Assembly: GCA_964016885.1 (NCBI GenBank)
Contig: OZ024741.1
Location: 184,202,001 to 184,266,000 of the forward strand
DNA from: Eledone cirrhosa
Lineage: Eukaryota
Reading direction: 5' to 3'
DNA: 64,000 nt
A program made the position numbers and the translations under genes. Below the pieces are notes generated by a model, which saw nothing but the letters and a program-made list of their open reading frames with translations, made no database searches and had not been told where the DNA came from. Positions 1-13,404 of this stretch are shown piece by piece. Each line of letters begins with the position of its first letter. The first letter of the stretch is position 1.

Positions 1-130
1 TTATTCCGAGCATCCGCAGTTATCTCCCTGACATCGACCTACTGTGGGCTTACCTCCCTCGCGAGAAGTGACTGTTTCTGCAACTGCGTATTCGTACAGT
101 TATTTTTCCTTTTCCGTAAAATTTCATTTA

Positions 131-174
131 GGCAGACCTAATGATCCGAATAAGGTGAAACAATTGTTCTCGGC
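131..174 (+). ncRNA. Degenerate type I hammerhead-like motif
   Basis: CTAATGA-tcc..ggt-GAAA-caattg-TT. Stem III is palindromic, the core has G5A and stem I is poor. Lies about 35 nt before a (TA)n tract. Confidence 0.35.
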
Positions 175-202
175 AATGGGGAACTAACTGTTGTGGAGCT
201 AC

Positions 203-316
<114 letters not shown>

Positions 317-428
317 TGAGAGAGAGAGAGAGAGATTGATATACATATATATTATTCTGTAGTATACATAGAGCAGTCTTCTTTCCTTTACCTTTTCTAC
401 GGAGATACATAACACACACACACACACT

Positions 429-516
<88 letters not shown>

Positions 517-670
517 TTCTTGTTATTTTCCACTGTGGTTATGATCTTATATACTAAGAAAGAAGAAACAAATTCTTCCCCGAATAAGAACTTTGTCCAT
601 CATGTAACAGACCCTTCTTACATTTGCATACGAACTTGTGTCTGTCTCTCACCCCTTTCTCTCTCTCTCT

Positions 671-720
<50 letters not shown>

Positions 721-727
721 TTGTGAT

Positions 728-1066
728 ATATTAGTAAAAAGGAAAAATAGTAAACAGTGAAAAATTGTTTAAATAGGAATAAGTATAAATTAGTAATAAG
801 TATTAGTTAGTACTCAGTTTTAGTTTTAAGTTTTTAGCGGTTGCGCATTTCTTATGCTTTTCACAAATAATTCTGAGAGAGAGTTCTCCAAAAATCACGA
901 GCATTCTATTTCAAAATTATTTTTGAAAAGCATAAGAAATGCGCAACCGGTAAAAACTTAAAACTAAAACTGAATACTAACTAATACTTATTACTAATTT
1001 ATACTTATTCCTAATTAAACTATTTTTCACTGGGAAAAATTTGTCACCATTTTCTTTTCCTTTTTG

Positions 1067-1073
<7 letters not shown>
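728..1073. repeat. Foldback (inverted repeat) island between two (TA)n tracts
   Basis: About 755-875 is the reverse complement of about 912-1032. Outer ends atattagtaaaaaggaaaa / ttttcctttttgctaatat are also complementary. Confidence 0.8.
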
Positions 1074-1137
<64 letters not shown>

Positions 1138-1328
1138 TGCCTTCTTCACCACCTCTTCTACGGCCTCGATATAAATACCCCCTCCGCCTCCGTGGTATTT
1201 TCTTCGGGGTTATAAGAGGCTTAGCTCTGTTTCTCGACCGTTATATCGCGTGACTATCTCCCCCTCCGCCTTTTGGGATTCTTTCTCACGTCGTGTAGAC
1301 GCGTTCTTGAGACTAGTAAAATGAGGTA

Positions 1329-1418
1329 TCCTCTTGATAAGTCGGCAGACCTCGCAAGGACTCTATATCTTCATGATATATTGTTTTTGTTTATGCCACG
1401 AAACTACGTAGTCGAGGA
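1329..1418 (+). ncRNA. Degenerate type I hammerhead
   Basis: Stem I tcctc/gagga; core TTGATAA (two substitutions); stem II gt.ggca/tgccac; GAAA; palindromic stem III Actacgtag T; C17. Confidence 0.6.
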
Positions 1419-2307
1419 ATTTAGGAGCAGTTTAGGTATGATACATTTTATTACTAATTATATCTAAATGTTTCTTCTCTCTTCATAATGTATTTTTAAC
1501 TCTGATACTGGTTCAGTCTAGTTCAACTGAATTGGTCTGTCCCAGTCATTCATTGAGCAACATCGGTGAAGTTGGCACCCTTAACTCACAGTTGGGTGCG
1601 GATGCATTCATGTATATATGTGTGTGTGTCCGCATGTATCTGTGTGTTTCTAATTATATTATATATATATATATATACTACCACTAATTGCATCGTCTTC
1701 ATTTTCCAGAAATTTGGATTATTTGATACTATTTGTGTTATCTCCCTCGTTCTGCATATTGTGTTTGGATTTTAAACACAGGGAAGGTTTTCTTTTGTAA
1801 TTGAAAAAACAATTTTAATTAACTGGGGAACTGGGGGTTCAACTCACGATATTACATATGTGACTATCGTGAGACTACATACAAAGCCCCAATAACATGC
1901 TAGTAATGAATGTCATCTCTTTGCCTTTATTTGTTTGTATATAGATTTCTAAGTTCTACAATATGCTTCATTGTTGCCATCTAACAATATCGAAACAGGT
2001 TCGTTTCATTCATGAGTTAGCGGATCCACTCCTAACTGGATCATCTTTATTTTCTACAAAACTATATGAGCTGATATTATTGGTTTTATCTTCCTAGCTT
2101 TGTTGTATTGAGGTATTAATCACCTCAGGGCGGAATTGCTGTATTCTAATTGCAAGGATACCCTTTGTTAAATGCTATTTTTCAATTCACTCTATTACAT
2201 ATATAAAACCCATCAGCATACAAAACGCTCCCATGAAGTATTATCCATTAGTCCCATTGTTGGTATTTATAATCAGTATCTCCACATTCCTTTTATTTTT
2301 CTATATA

Positions 2308-2407
2308 CAGAGTGCCCCCAAAAATGTATACACACTTTAACAGCTTTCTAATAGATGTTGCCTGTACACGTACCCAAAGTGTATATACATTTTTTTAGGA
2401 CATCCTG
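2308..2407. mobile_element. Tc1/mariner-type MITE (100 bp)
   Basis: TIRs cagagtgcccccaaaaatgtatacacacttt / aaagtgtatatacatttttttaggacatcctg, with TA on both sides. Confidence 0.75.
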
Positions 2408-3410
2408 TATATATGCTGTATATATTTTGATCATTTCTTAGGTGAATATGCAGCATAGCTACTGCATACAGTCAGAAGATGTTTTATAAACAGGTGTTAG
2501 AAATAGCAGCTAAATCTTCTTCAAATTGTTCCACTCTACCACCTTTGATTTGTTAATCATGACTGATCTGGACGGAAATCTCATAACAATCGTGCATGGA
2601 ATATATAGAAGAAGCCTCTATGTGATCGTTCGACGTGCTAGAAATATACGCAATATCTGACACAAATCTCAACATACCAACATCAAAAATTGGCTGTTTA
2701 CATAAGACAATGTAGTTTTAACAAATAAGGAAAGATTGAGGTGGGTTATGTCTGAAATTGTTTTGATCATGGACATGCTGAATCAGGATTGATTTAGGGC
2801 TAAATAACAACAATGACGATGACATCGATAACAAGAGTATCAGCAGCAGCAGTATTAGCAACAGAAACAAGAGGCCGTGGTATATTTGTTTGGGACAGGA
2901 AACAAATTTGATATACATTTACTTAGGTCTACAGAGTGGCAGATATAAACATATCGTTGAAAATTAGCAAGAGAACATTAATTGGCCGCTGTAACAATAT
3001 CTATCTAGGTATGTCTGGATGTTCATGTCTATCCAGATTATAAATTTATGTGTAGCCAGCTATTCATATTAATATTTGGACCGAGTAATAGACAATAACA
3101 TTGTTTCATTTCAGACAAATGAAGAAATTATTTAATTGGTAGGTATTCCGCAAATTCAACCTGTAAGTGAAATAGTGAGCAGCGAAAAACGTATTTTTAA
3201 TTTAGGATACTACTCCATATATGTATATATATATATTTATGTATTTAAGTGTATATATATATATATATATATATATTGTTATGTTTGGGAGGGTCATGTT
3301 GGCAATAAGAAACACACGCACCAGTCGCTTTCACTCCAATTTATTATAAATTTAAGAATTTATAAATTTCTGGTTGGTTGTTTCCACAACCAGACGATTG
3401 TTCATATATT

Positions 3411-3453
3411 GTCAAAGTTCTTTCGTCACACATTCTGTGACCTCTTCAGGGAC
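3411..3453 (-). ncRNA. Minimal hammerhead in the 3' region of a Penelope-like remnant
   Basis: Minus strand gtcc-CTGAAGA-g-gtcac..gtgac-GAAA-gaac-TT-tgac, downstream of the GIY-YIG stub on the same strand. Confidence 0.55.
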
Positions 3454-3651
3454 TGGGGATTCTTTTCTTTGTTTTTGTGATTCTCCTTTGTTCTGTCCTA
3501 CGACATCTTGTTTTTGTGTGTGTTGTGTGCTTAGTTTGAGCATGTGTTACATCCGGGTGTCTGTGTGTGTTTATATTTGCTTATTTATTTGTTTATTTAC
3601 ATGTTAGTGGTTGGTTGTTTGTTCTATGTGTGTGTGTGTTTTCATTTTGCC

Positions 3652-3890
3652 TTAATTGTAAGTTGTGATGTTGCTATTCCATTCATGTTTTCTATTTAAT
3701 TTTGGTTGGAGTTCATCTATGTTTATTGCCTCTGTGATTTGTCTAAACATTGCGTCTTTTCTGTGTGTAGATTCTATTTTTATTTCTATATTCTCTAATT
3801 TGTCCTTATGTTCTATTTTAGCATGTTGGTGGAGTATAGATGATTTTTTACTATCTTGAAGCTCTCGCCAGTGTTTAGCGGTTTCACCAC
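3652..3890 (-). pseudogene. C-terminal half of a Penelope-like GIY-YIG endonuclease (remnant)
   Basis: GETAK..H..S..H..H..R..EAI.I....P.LN.K.EW pattern typical of PLE endonuclease C-termini; 5'-truncated next to (TA)n. Confidence 0.7.
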
Positions 3891-3934
3891 ACGTTTTCAG
3901 ATAAAGAATCTTGCTAAACAAATTCAGAAACGAA

Positions 3935-3965
<31 letters not shown>

Positions 3966-3966
3966 G

Positions 3967-4292
<326 letters not shown>

Positions 4293-4367
4293 ATATATAT
4301 GTAGTGAATTTCCAATCGATTAGGTATGATTTCCATTGGTACGTCTCTATTTATAAAACAAACTTTG

Positions 4368-4432
4368 TATTTTATTTGATGAAAGCGTACCTATGTTGTT
4401 TTGGTAGCCCTTGAAATATATATAATAAAATA
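4368..4432 (+). ncRNA. Type I hammerhead, GAAA-tatrta-TA family (C3U)
   Basis: tattttat-TTGATGA-aag..ctt-GAAA-tatata-TA-ataaaata. Stem I extends with tatttataaaac/gttttataaata. Confidence 0.7.
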
Positions 4433-4566
4433 AATATGGTTTTATAAATATAGTTTCCATTCATTTAATATCAGTGAATATTTACTCCTGTAAACTCTCG
4501 AGTGCTCTAAATCAGTTATAAACATTTATGTTTGTCGGACTTCCTACAAATTAAATACGACTTCTA

Positions 4567-4657
<91 letters not shown>

Positions 4658-4733
4658 ATGTATATAACTACCTCACTCTTTATCTATCGGTGTAACTACT
4701 TATTTCCATTCTCCTTTAATATAAATTTATATA

Positions 4734-4789
<56 letters not shown>

Positions 4790-4834
4790 ATGTAAAACGA
4801 AAAATCAGTGATGCATCTGGACTCAATTCATTGT

Positions 4835-4922
4835 GTGTTACAATTGTTTCGCCGGCGGACAGCTCGAGACACGATCATTGTGTGGATCTGTCTGATTCTG
4901 GAACTGTAGGTTCGTCGGACAC
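4835..4922 (-). ncRNA. pLTR hammerhead (CCGACGA core, long stem II insert)
   Basis: gtgt-CCGACGA-acc..(about 55 nt)..ggc-GAAA-caattg-TA-acac. Confidence 0.7.
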
Positions 4923-5175
4923 TGGCAATAATTTCGGATCAAATTTTCTCACTGGGCGTTAGCGTCAAAAAACATCTTCCTCGCTTGACCTGCTGTTGGC
5001 TGTTGTTTTTCTACGTCATCGTAAATTCTGGCCAATAGTTGCTGTCAGACTCTCCACCAACTACCCTCCGCCTGACACACTTCAATGAATTCAAGCTGGG
5101 TTTGGTATTTCATAAGTCCACTCACACACATATACACACATATACACATACACATACATACACATACATACGCAT

Positions 5176-5235
<60 letters not shown>

Positions 5236-5872
5236 GTATATATATATACACACACATTCACACACACACATGCACACAACCATATAACTAAAAACATACG
5301 CGTCCACAGACGCCTGCCTACATGCCCACCTACATCAGTTTTCACACGCACACACACGCGCACATACACGCGCACACACACGCACACGCACATACACACA
5401 CGTGTCCGTATATAGAGTCACAAAAACAGACTCGCTCCCAAACACAAATATATATACACATATATATATGTATATATGTACACACACATAGATGTACACA
5501 CAAACAAGCTCTTACCCTACAGTAGGTGCACGTACACACACACACACTGGCTCATATACATTCAAACAAATACGCGCCTAATATCTACATGCCCACGTAC
5601 ATCTACAAAGATGCATACACGCATACGTATATCTGTCCGTACTCAAATATGATATTCTCACAGAGTCATATAAATCTACACAAAGGGTCATACAGGGTCA
5701 TCCATGAAAGGATGCATCTTGTTATACACATGCACAAATATAGACAATGTAACCAAATACATACATCCATACACACACATGCATGTATATATACACACAT
5801 ATAAATAAATAAATAAATAAGTAAATAAGAAAATAAATAAATGTATATATATATACACACACACACACACAT

Positions 5873-5903
<31 letters not shown>

Positions 5904-6633
5904 CACATACACATACACACACACATATATATGTACATACACACACATACATACACATCTATACTAAAATATACATATAACGTAATACAATAAAATATGT
6001 ATCTTTTACTAAACATGCACAGATATAAACATTATAATCATATACTTACATCCATACACATTCACGTAACATATACATATATATATATAAAACTCTCTCT
6101 ACATACACACATACATATATATATACACATATGCAAACACATATACACACATATTAAAACAATAAAATAAATATACAAAATATTAAAATATGTATATAAC
6201 GTCACATAGAGATATATAAAAAAAAAGAGAGGAGAAAGAAGAAGGTACGTGTGTGCGTATGATATAGTACACACTTAGGTCTGTATACGAAACAAACAAT
6301 ATGTGTTCCAAAATGGAACACATGGAGAGTATGTATTCACGATTGAAAAGCTACACATGCATGGGGGTGCGTGGCCCGGTCATATTGGAGAATGTCACTG
6401 TGGTTGGGGTATGTTGTCCTATAGGTGTAATGTATTTGACTGAAAGACCGTGGAACCCGGGTCAAGCTCTCCCGGCTCAGGCGATGTTCCTGCCTAAGGT
6501 GCGGTGCAAAGTCGGGTATGCATCGTGGGTTATTTTCCTTTCCCCACGGGGCATATATTGTCATCAGGGAATGGTGCCTGATCCCTTGAACCCATTTCGT
6601 CGCTCTGGTCGGCGCGTGCTCCGCCGCATGCCC

Positions 6634-7554
6634 TTAGCCTGGGCTTCCCGGAGGATTCCATGCGGAGAGTGTGCACATTCTCTGGTGTCTGCATGTCATA
6701 TTAATTTCCGATTTCAGGTTGACCGCATTATCCTTCAGTCTGACTATTTCCATGGCCTCGTATAGGCTTAGGCTACACTTTCTACTTCCAGCCGAGTATG
6801 CATTCGCGTGTCGAACGATACTCCAGTCAAGGGTGTAAAAGGGTGCCTTTGTCTTTCAGGTCCCACACCAGGTCTGCTAGCCTAGTGGAGTGCCTCTTAC
6901 TGCGGTCCTTGAAGGAGATCGTGTGCTTATACATCCGGTCGTGGATGTTGCGCCGATGTAGGCGCGCTTTATATTGTGGGTGCTAACCACACATTTGTAT
7001 ACCAAGCCCTTCGTCAGGCATCTTCCCTGTAGGGGGCACTGGGTGCCCGCTCTGCAGTTACATGTTCTGTCGTTATTTTGTTCACTTTGGACGCCTGGCC
7101 CTCGATATGCTAGAGCCCCCTCTCGATTCTCAGGGTGTTGTTCTGTCGCCACGATGGTCTCCTCCCCGCCACTCGTTCCCCCCTGGCGTTGGATTGTATC
7201 GCCTTCCGCGGGCATGGCGGCTGCCGCGGGCATGGCGGCCGCCGCGGGGCCGAGTGGTTAGGTTATTGGGAGGCCGCTCTCCGATGGACGGTCATTCTGC
7301 CGCCGCGGTTGACGGTAGATGTTCCCCATCTTTACCGCGTTGGTTTTGGCCATGTAGTCGGCCATGTTAGGTGCTGTGGAGAAGGAAAACTTCACCGTGT
7401 GGCGGTTGAAAATCTTGTGGTATTTGTTCGACGGCGCGAAGCACTCGTCTAACGCTTGGAAAAAAATCCCTGGCACATTGCTGCGTACATGTTTAGAGTA
7501 TGGCGCGTTAAACCACGTAACGGCCTTAGATCTAGTCTTGTTCTTTCGTGTGTG
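6634..7554 (-). pseudogene. PLE RT-thumb/linker, Cys motif and GIY-YIG endonuclease, disrupted
   Basis: WFNAPYS..KYHKIFNRHTVKFSFS; in-frame stop at 7258-7260; CNCRAGTQCPLQGRC..GLVYKC..YIGATST; then frameshifts; then ..KCSLSLYE..CRHQR. Collinear with the 11004-13326 protein. Confidence 0.85.
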
Positions 7555-8151
7555 TAGTAGTGTGAGTGTGCCCTGGATCTGGTGTCCTTCTCGGGTTTTT
7601 CCCGCCTATTATTACGTCCCCTATGTTGCCTCTATCTGTATGTCTGCTGTGGGCGTCATAGTCATGCCTTTCACTTACTATGGTATTCCGTTCTATATTG
7701 TCGGCTCTACTGTTAGTCTCCTTAAAGCTATGTGGTGCTGCTGTCGGGGCTATACCACTACTACCAGGCGGGTGCCACGGCCGTACTTGTCGTTACCCTG
7801 TCCCTAGATCCAGTTACCGCGTTGCATGTAGTGTGCGTGCCGGCCCCAAACCTACGTGTACTACGTCGTCTAGCGCCCATGTGTGCCTTCGTTCCTCCTA
7901 TTGTCGGTCCTGTGTCATTAAGGTGAACTGTGTTGCTACTCGTGTCCTTGGAGACTAGTACCGGGTCATTTCTTCTACCCATAGAAGTGCCACCGCTATT
8001 GCCGTATCCGCATTCCTCGGCGCTAGGCTCTTCCCTGTCTGGGGTAACCAATATATGATGACGTAGAAAAACAACAGCCCAACAGCAGGACAAGCGAGAA
8101 AGATTTGAAGCTAACACCCCAATGAGAAAATTTGATCCGAAATTATTGCCA

Positions 8152-8239
8152 GTGTCCGACGAACCTGCAGTTCCAGAATCAGACAGATCCGTACAATGAT
8201 CGTGTCTCGAGCTGTCTGCCGGCGAAACAATTGTAGCAC
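8152..8239 (+). ncRNA. pLTR hammerhead, inverted copy
   Basis: gtgt-CCGACGA-acc..ggc-GAAA-caattg-TA-gcac. Confidence 0.7.
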
Positions 8240-8454
8240 ACAATAAATTGAGTCCAGATGCATCACTGATTTTTCGTTTTATATTATATCACACTCTGCT
8301 CTGTAAGAGCATAGAGTGCTCAACCAGCCTACCGCCTATGGACGCATCATAGCTACCATCAAACACACACACACACACACACACAAGCATACGCACGCCC
8401 CCCCCCATATATATATATGTATACACGGGTGTGTATGATTGTGTATAGAAGATT

Positions 8455-8678
8455 ATATTAATAAAAGGAATTCCAACTTTGTCTGATTTACTCGTTTTAT
8501 TTACAATCCTTTAAAATTTATAATGGCATTAGAATGAAATAGCATGAAAGTACTTGTTCAATTAACACTTAACATTTAATATTCTACCATACTATTTCAT
8601 TCTAATACCATTATAAATTTTAAAGGATTGTAAATAAAACGAGTAAATCAGACGAAGTTGGAATTCATTTTATTAATA
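8455..8678. repeat. Foldback island abutting (TA)n
   Basis: About 8455-8542 is the near-perfect reverse complement of about 8592-8678. Confidence 0.85.
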
Positions 8679-8705
8679 TATATATATATATGTATGTATG
8701 TATAT

Positions 8706-8832
<127 letters not shown>

Positions 8833-9540
8833 ATATGTATGTAATTATATATGTATATATCATATACATATATGTCTGTGTGTGTGTGGGTGTATTGTTT
8901 ATATGACTAAGAAGAAAACCCTGCATATGAAATATAGTATAGTATAGAGAAGGGCAAAGGAAAATTGTGGATATTTATAGATAGAGAAACAAATCTTGTC
9001 TTAAAATCTAAAGATCTGAAGCGGAAATTCTGAAATAATTCTTATGTACATTTATCTCCTTAGTTGCTTATTATTTACCTCTCTTTTACAGTAACCTCTC
9101 CATTTTCCATTGTTTAGAATACGAAACTATTTTTCCTCTCTTCTTTCTTAACATTGAATGCGACATATTTTGCAAATTGTCACGGATCCAAATTTGAGCT
9201 GGAAGCAAGATATAATATGTTAAGTCTATTACCGGATAATTGTAAATATGAAAAAAAGAAACGGAATAAATAAGGTAGCGGCACTAGGATATTTAAGCAG
9301 TAATTAAATTATTATCCAATTAGTAGATATACAGTTATTATCAAGAGGCTGTAAAAGAAACATATTTTTTTCATTCGCTTTGTTCTCATGAATTAATTGA
9401 GAAATTCAACACAAACGCAATTTCATGTATATACATGTGTGGATTATTAATTTCTTCTGAGTTCACATATACATACATACATACGTACATACATACAAAC
9501 ACACACACACACACATATATATATATACTTATACATACAT

Positions 9541-9594
<54 letters not shown>

Positions 9595-9886
9595 ATGTAT
9601 GTATGTATGTATGTATGTATGTATGTATGTATGCGTGGGCGTGCCTGCTTGTGAGAGTGCTTTTCTGCGTGAATGTCTTTGTTTAAATGAATACGTGAGT
9701 ATAATGATAATACACATAGTTATGGGCATAACATTGAAAAATGGTAGTATGTATGTATATATATATATATATATGTATTTAACACTCTCTCACTTTCTGT
9801 ATATATATCTATATATCTATCTCTATATATATATATATATATATATATAGAAAGATTTGAATGGATACAGTTTAGTTGAAAGGAAT

Positions 9887-10003
9887 TTATTGACACGTGT
9901 TTCTATAACAGTTACATAACCTAAAACAGCTATCTACAAACTTTTAGTTATGCAGACATTCAATATTTCAATGTTATTATTTACTGTCATTTCATCAGAA
10001 TAA
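9887..10003 (-). ncRNA. pLTR hammerhead of the PLE (left arm)
   Basis: Mirror copy of 15869-15985. Confidence 0.8.
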
Positions 10004-10570
10004 TATTACTGAGGACCTATTTAGTTTTTATAGAGAATATTAGGAGGGAGGGGTGAAGTTGTTAGAAGAATAGTTGAAGGAGTGGTTTTTCGATAGCAGT
10101 GAGAATTCTTGGTGGCAGTGAGTAATTAGATTCCCATCTGTTGTTTTGACATTTTTTATAGAATATATTATTGGTTATTTTTCTAAATCTATAGAAGGAT
10201 TAGAGATAGTAAAGATATGCGTGGTTGGTTTTGTGTTTGCACTTAATTAACATTCAGACTTAAATTTTTCTTTCGAGTGTACGTATCCTTTCACCCACGC
10301 ATTCACACACAAATATATTTGCACACCTCTACAAAATACATATACTCACAATTCACATATTCATACTTACATATATATACACATGCATACACATATATAT
10401 ACACACATGTATTCATGTACATACATACGCGCTCATGTGTATACATTTTCATACTCAACTTATCTTTATATACACACGTATAGACACACACATATATACA
10501 TACATACTCTAGTCCATGTGTACACACATACACATACATACACATCCATATACACATACATACATACACA

Positions 10571-10626
<56 letters not shown>

Positions 10627-10643
10627 TACACACATATACATAT

Positions 10644-10690
<47 letters not shown>

Positions 10691-11003
10691 TACACACATA
10701 TACATATACACACACACATATATATATATATATAAGCACTTTAATACATGAATACACTTACATCTAACTATACACATCAAACATATATATATATTTACTT
10801 ATTTATATACATTTTCACATATATATACATACTTATGGACGTTTTTAGACACATTCATTATCGCATATTTGTACCTATTCTCATCAGCATATCTTTTCAT
10901 TATTAGTATGGTAATTTAAGGTTATTAATATATGTTGAGAAGAGATTGTTTTTATATTTTTCTAACTAGATTAAGGTTTATATAGTTGGGGGATGTCCCT
11001 CTT

Positions 11004-13326
11004 TTATGTAATATTCGGCTTGTAGTGGGAAAAAAGGGTTTTAGTTCTGTGACGGCAGAATAATGTTCGTTCAATTCTGTTATTCAGCAGTTTCTTCTTG
11101 TGTGTGATTATGTAATAAATCTCAAGATTACACAATTTGCAGAAATTTTGGCTCCTGGAAAAGCTTTGGGTTTTAGCTAATTTTTCCCATTTTAGGGTAA
11201 ACTTTTGATTGCTATCCCTGAGCGTCCAAGCTTTTTCTGCTAAAGTTGTTACATTTCTTTGGCTCTGGTGTTTTATTGAGTAAGAATGCCTATACAATCG
11301 AGATTTAAACGATGTTGCCGTTGATCCCACGTAATACCACTCGTTGCCTCCGGATTTAATGGTACACTTATAAATAATATTTTTTTCCAGGCAGTTATTG
11401 CCGAGGGGGCAGTTGTCAGGATAGGTGCAGTTACAGTTGTGTACGTTGGGTTTTCTCTGGAGTAGTATTGCGGACGAACTTAGGTGTGGTTTATTTATGT
11501 TCTGTAGTGTATTGTCTACTGTTTTTTTTTGAGTTCTTTGTACTTAAGTTCTTAGTGTTTTCGTTTAACCTTCTAGTATTGATCTTTTTTATGTGTTGTT
11601 CAAGGTTTAACGCTGTAGAGTATGACAGTCTTATAGTGGTAGGGTTTAGGATTTTGTGGTATTTGTGTGATGTGGGAAAATGTCTTTTAATTATTTTAAA
11701 GAAGAGTACTGGTAAATTTGTACTAATGGAGCTATTGTATTCGGGGTTATACCATAAGTACTCTTTGCATCGCTTTCTATTAGTTTTGTTTGTTGGTTTA
11801 CTGGTGTGCATACTATAGTAGTGAGTGTGGTTTGGTGTTGTGTTATTATATCTACCTATGTGGGATTTATTTTGGGTGTTTTGATTGTTCCCATCTATGT
11901 ACTCTATTTTGTTGAGGTAGCCTGCTTTACTAAGGGCGTTATCGTAGTACTCGGCGTGTTCCTTAAATACTTGTATGTTAGAAGATAGACCCGAGATTCT
12001 AAGGGAAATATTTTTAGGGATAGATTTAATTATAGAGATGGGGTGGTTAGACCCAACATTTACGTATTTGAGATTTTCATTCAATTTATGAAACGGTTTA
12101 ATCAAACCAGAGTTTAAATTGAGTGTGACATCCAGGAAGTTAACTACTTTAAGGTTGTATTCATATGTTATAGTTAGTCCTATTTCGAGTAGTAGTTTTC
12201 TTATATCTTTGCGTAGTTTTTCTAGTTTTTGGTTATTAAGGTTTTTAGCTAGGAGGAGAACATCGTCGCGGTATATTCCGCCGTGGAGATTGCTGAATTT
12301 TTCCTGGAGTCTAAAGGCGATAAATAACCCCACAATATCAGTTATTTCCGCCGAATCGTTAGAGCCCATTGTTATGTCAAAGTTAGAGGGTCTATCTTTA
12401 CGTACCCAATAACTGTTCTCAAATTTGACTATAGTTTTCCTAGCTTCTAATATAATCTTAATTTCATCGTTTGTAAGGTCAGAGTTATCCTTAGCAAACT
12501 TAATGGCTCTATTCAAAGTTTCAGGTGATATCGATGAGTAATATTCATTGATATCAAACTGGATAAACTTAGATTTATTCTTATTGCTAATGCTATTAAA
12601 CCATCTTATTGCTTCTTGGGTCTTCCCCCAGAGTTTAATGTTAACCTTAGCCTTAATTTGGGGGATGATTCTATCTAAGATATATTTGCTTATTTTACCT
12701 ATATCTGATTTAGAGGGGCAGATTAATCTAATTTTAGGGTCATTATCAAAGTTTACCTTGTGGTCCTTAAGATTGAAGGTGGGTACCGCCGGTAAGATGG
12801 TCCTGTCCTATCTTCGATTCCGAGATTTTTCACTATTTCGCATGCCTCATCATTGATGTGCTTAAGGGTTACTTCACTCGTTTTTCTATATTTTTTATGT
12901 AATTCTTTTCGAATGAAGTTGTTGTATGTAGTGCAATCCATAGTGTACAGGTTTGATGTTTTGTCCGCTTTTACTACAATTCCTTTGGTGTTTTTAAGGT
13001 CGTCCAGTAGTTTTTTTTATATCTTTCTGTAATTTGCTGTTGGTGTTGCGTCCTTTGAATTTAATTTTAAGGATTAAGTTCATAAGGTCCTGCTCAAATG
13101 CATCTAATAGTGGGTTGGTGGGTGGGTTTTTACAAGTCCTAAAACCGAATTTGTTGTTTACACCACTTTCTAATGTTGAGTTCATACGGCTTCTATCATA
13201 GTGGAGCGTTTTCCACCTGACACGTCGAATGAATTCATTAGTTTTTTGAATCATGCTCAATAAATATTCCTTTCTACCTTGGGTTGGTATGTTTTTGAGT
13301 GACATATCCAGGTAGTGTTTTTCCAT
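11004..13326 (-). pseudogene. PLE polyprotein (about 770 aa reconstructed): reverse transcriptase plus GIY-YIG endonuclease, 3 frameshifts
   Basis: SLKNIP..RVRWK, KADKT, LKDHK..RLICPSK, FIQFDINEYYSSI, MGS, YRDD, NFLDVTL, CNC-x5-CPL-x3-C, IIYKC..YVGST, CKLC..CRH. Shifts at the A8 run 13011-13018, at about 12800, and at the A9 run 11522-11530. Confidence 0.93.
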
Positions 13327-13404
13327 TGTTGTGGTTGCGTTTGCTGTGTGGGTTGCTCGACTTTACAGGAGGTAAATATACAGTATTTTCCGTTGTGTTG
13401 TAAT

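Larger units (their letters stand above)
4795..8362 (-). mobile_element. GC-rich Penelope-like element, 5'-truncated, with inverted pLTR copy
   Basis: The minus strand carries linker plus GIY-YIG remnant, a microsatellite-rich UTR and a pLTR (4795-5020). 8057-8280 is an inverted copy of the pLTR that continues to 8362. Confidence 0.85.

Noticed and set aside
6301-6765. 154-aa plus-strand ORF and other GC-rich ORFs at 6.3-8.2 kb
   Set aside because: Antisense or shadow frames of the GC-rich PLE.
11004-13326. Selenocysteine recoding, reported for some Naiad elements
   Set aside because: I found no in-frame TGA at Cys positions in either element; the breaks are frameshifts or TAA/TAG.
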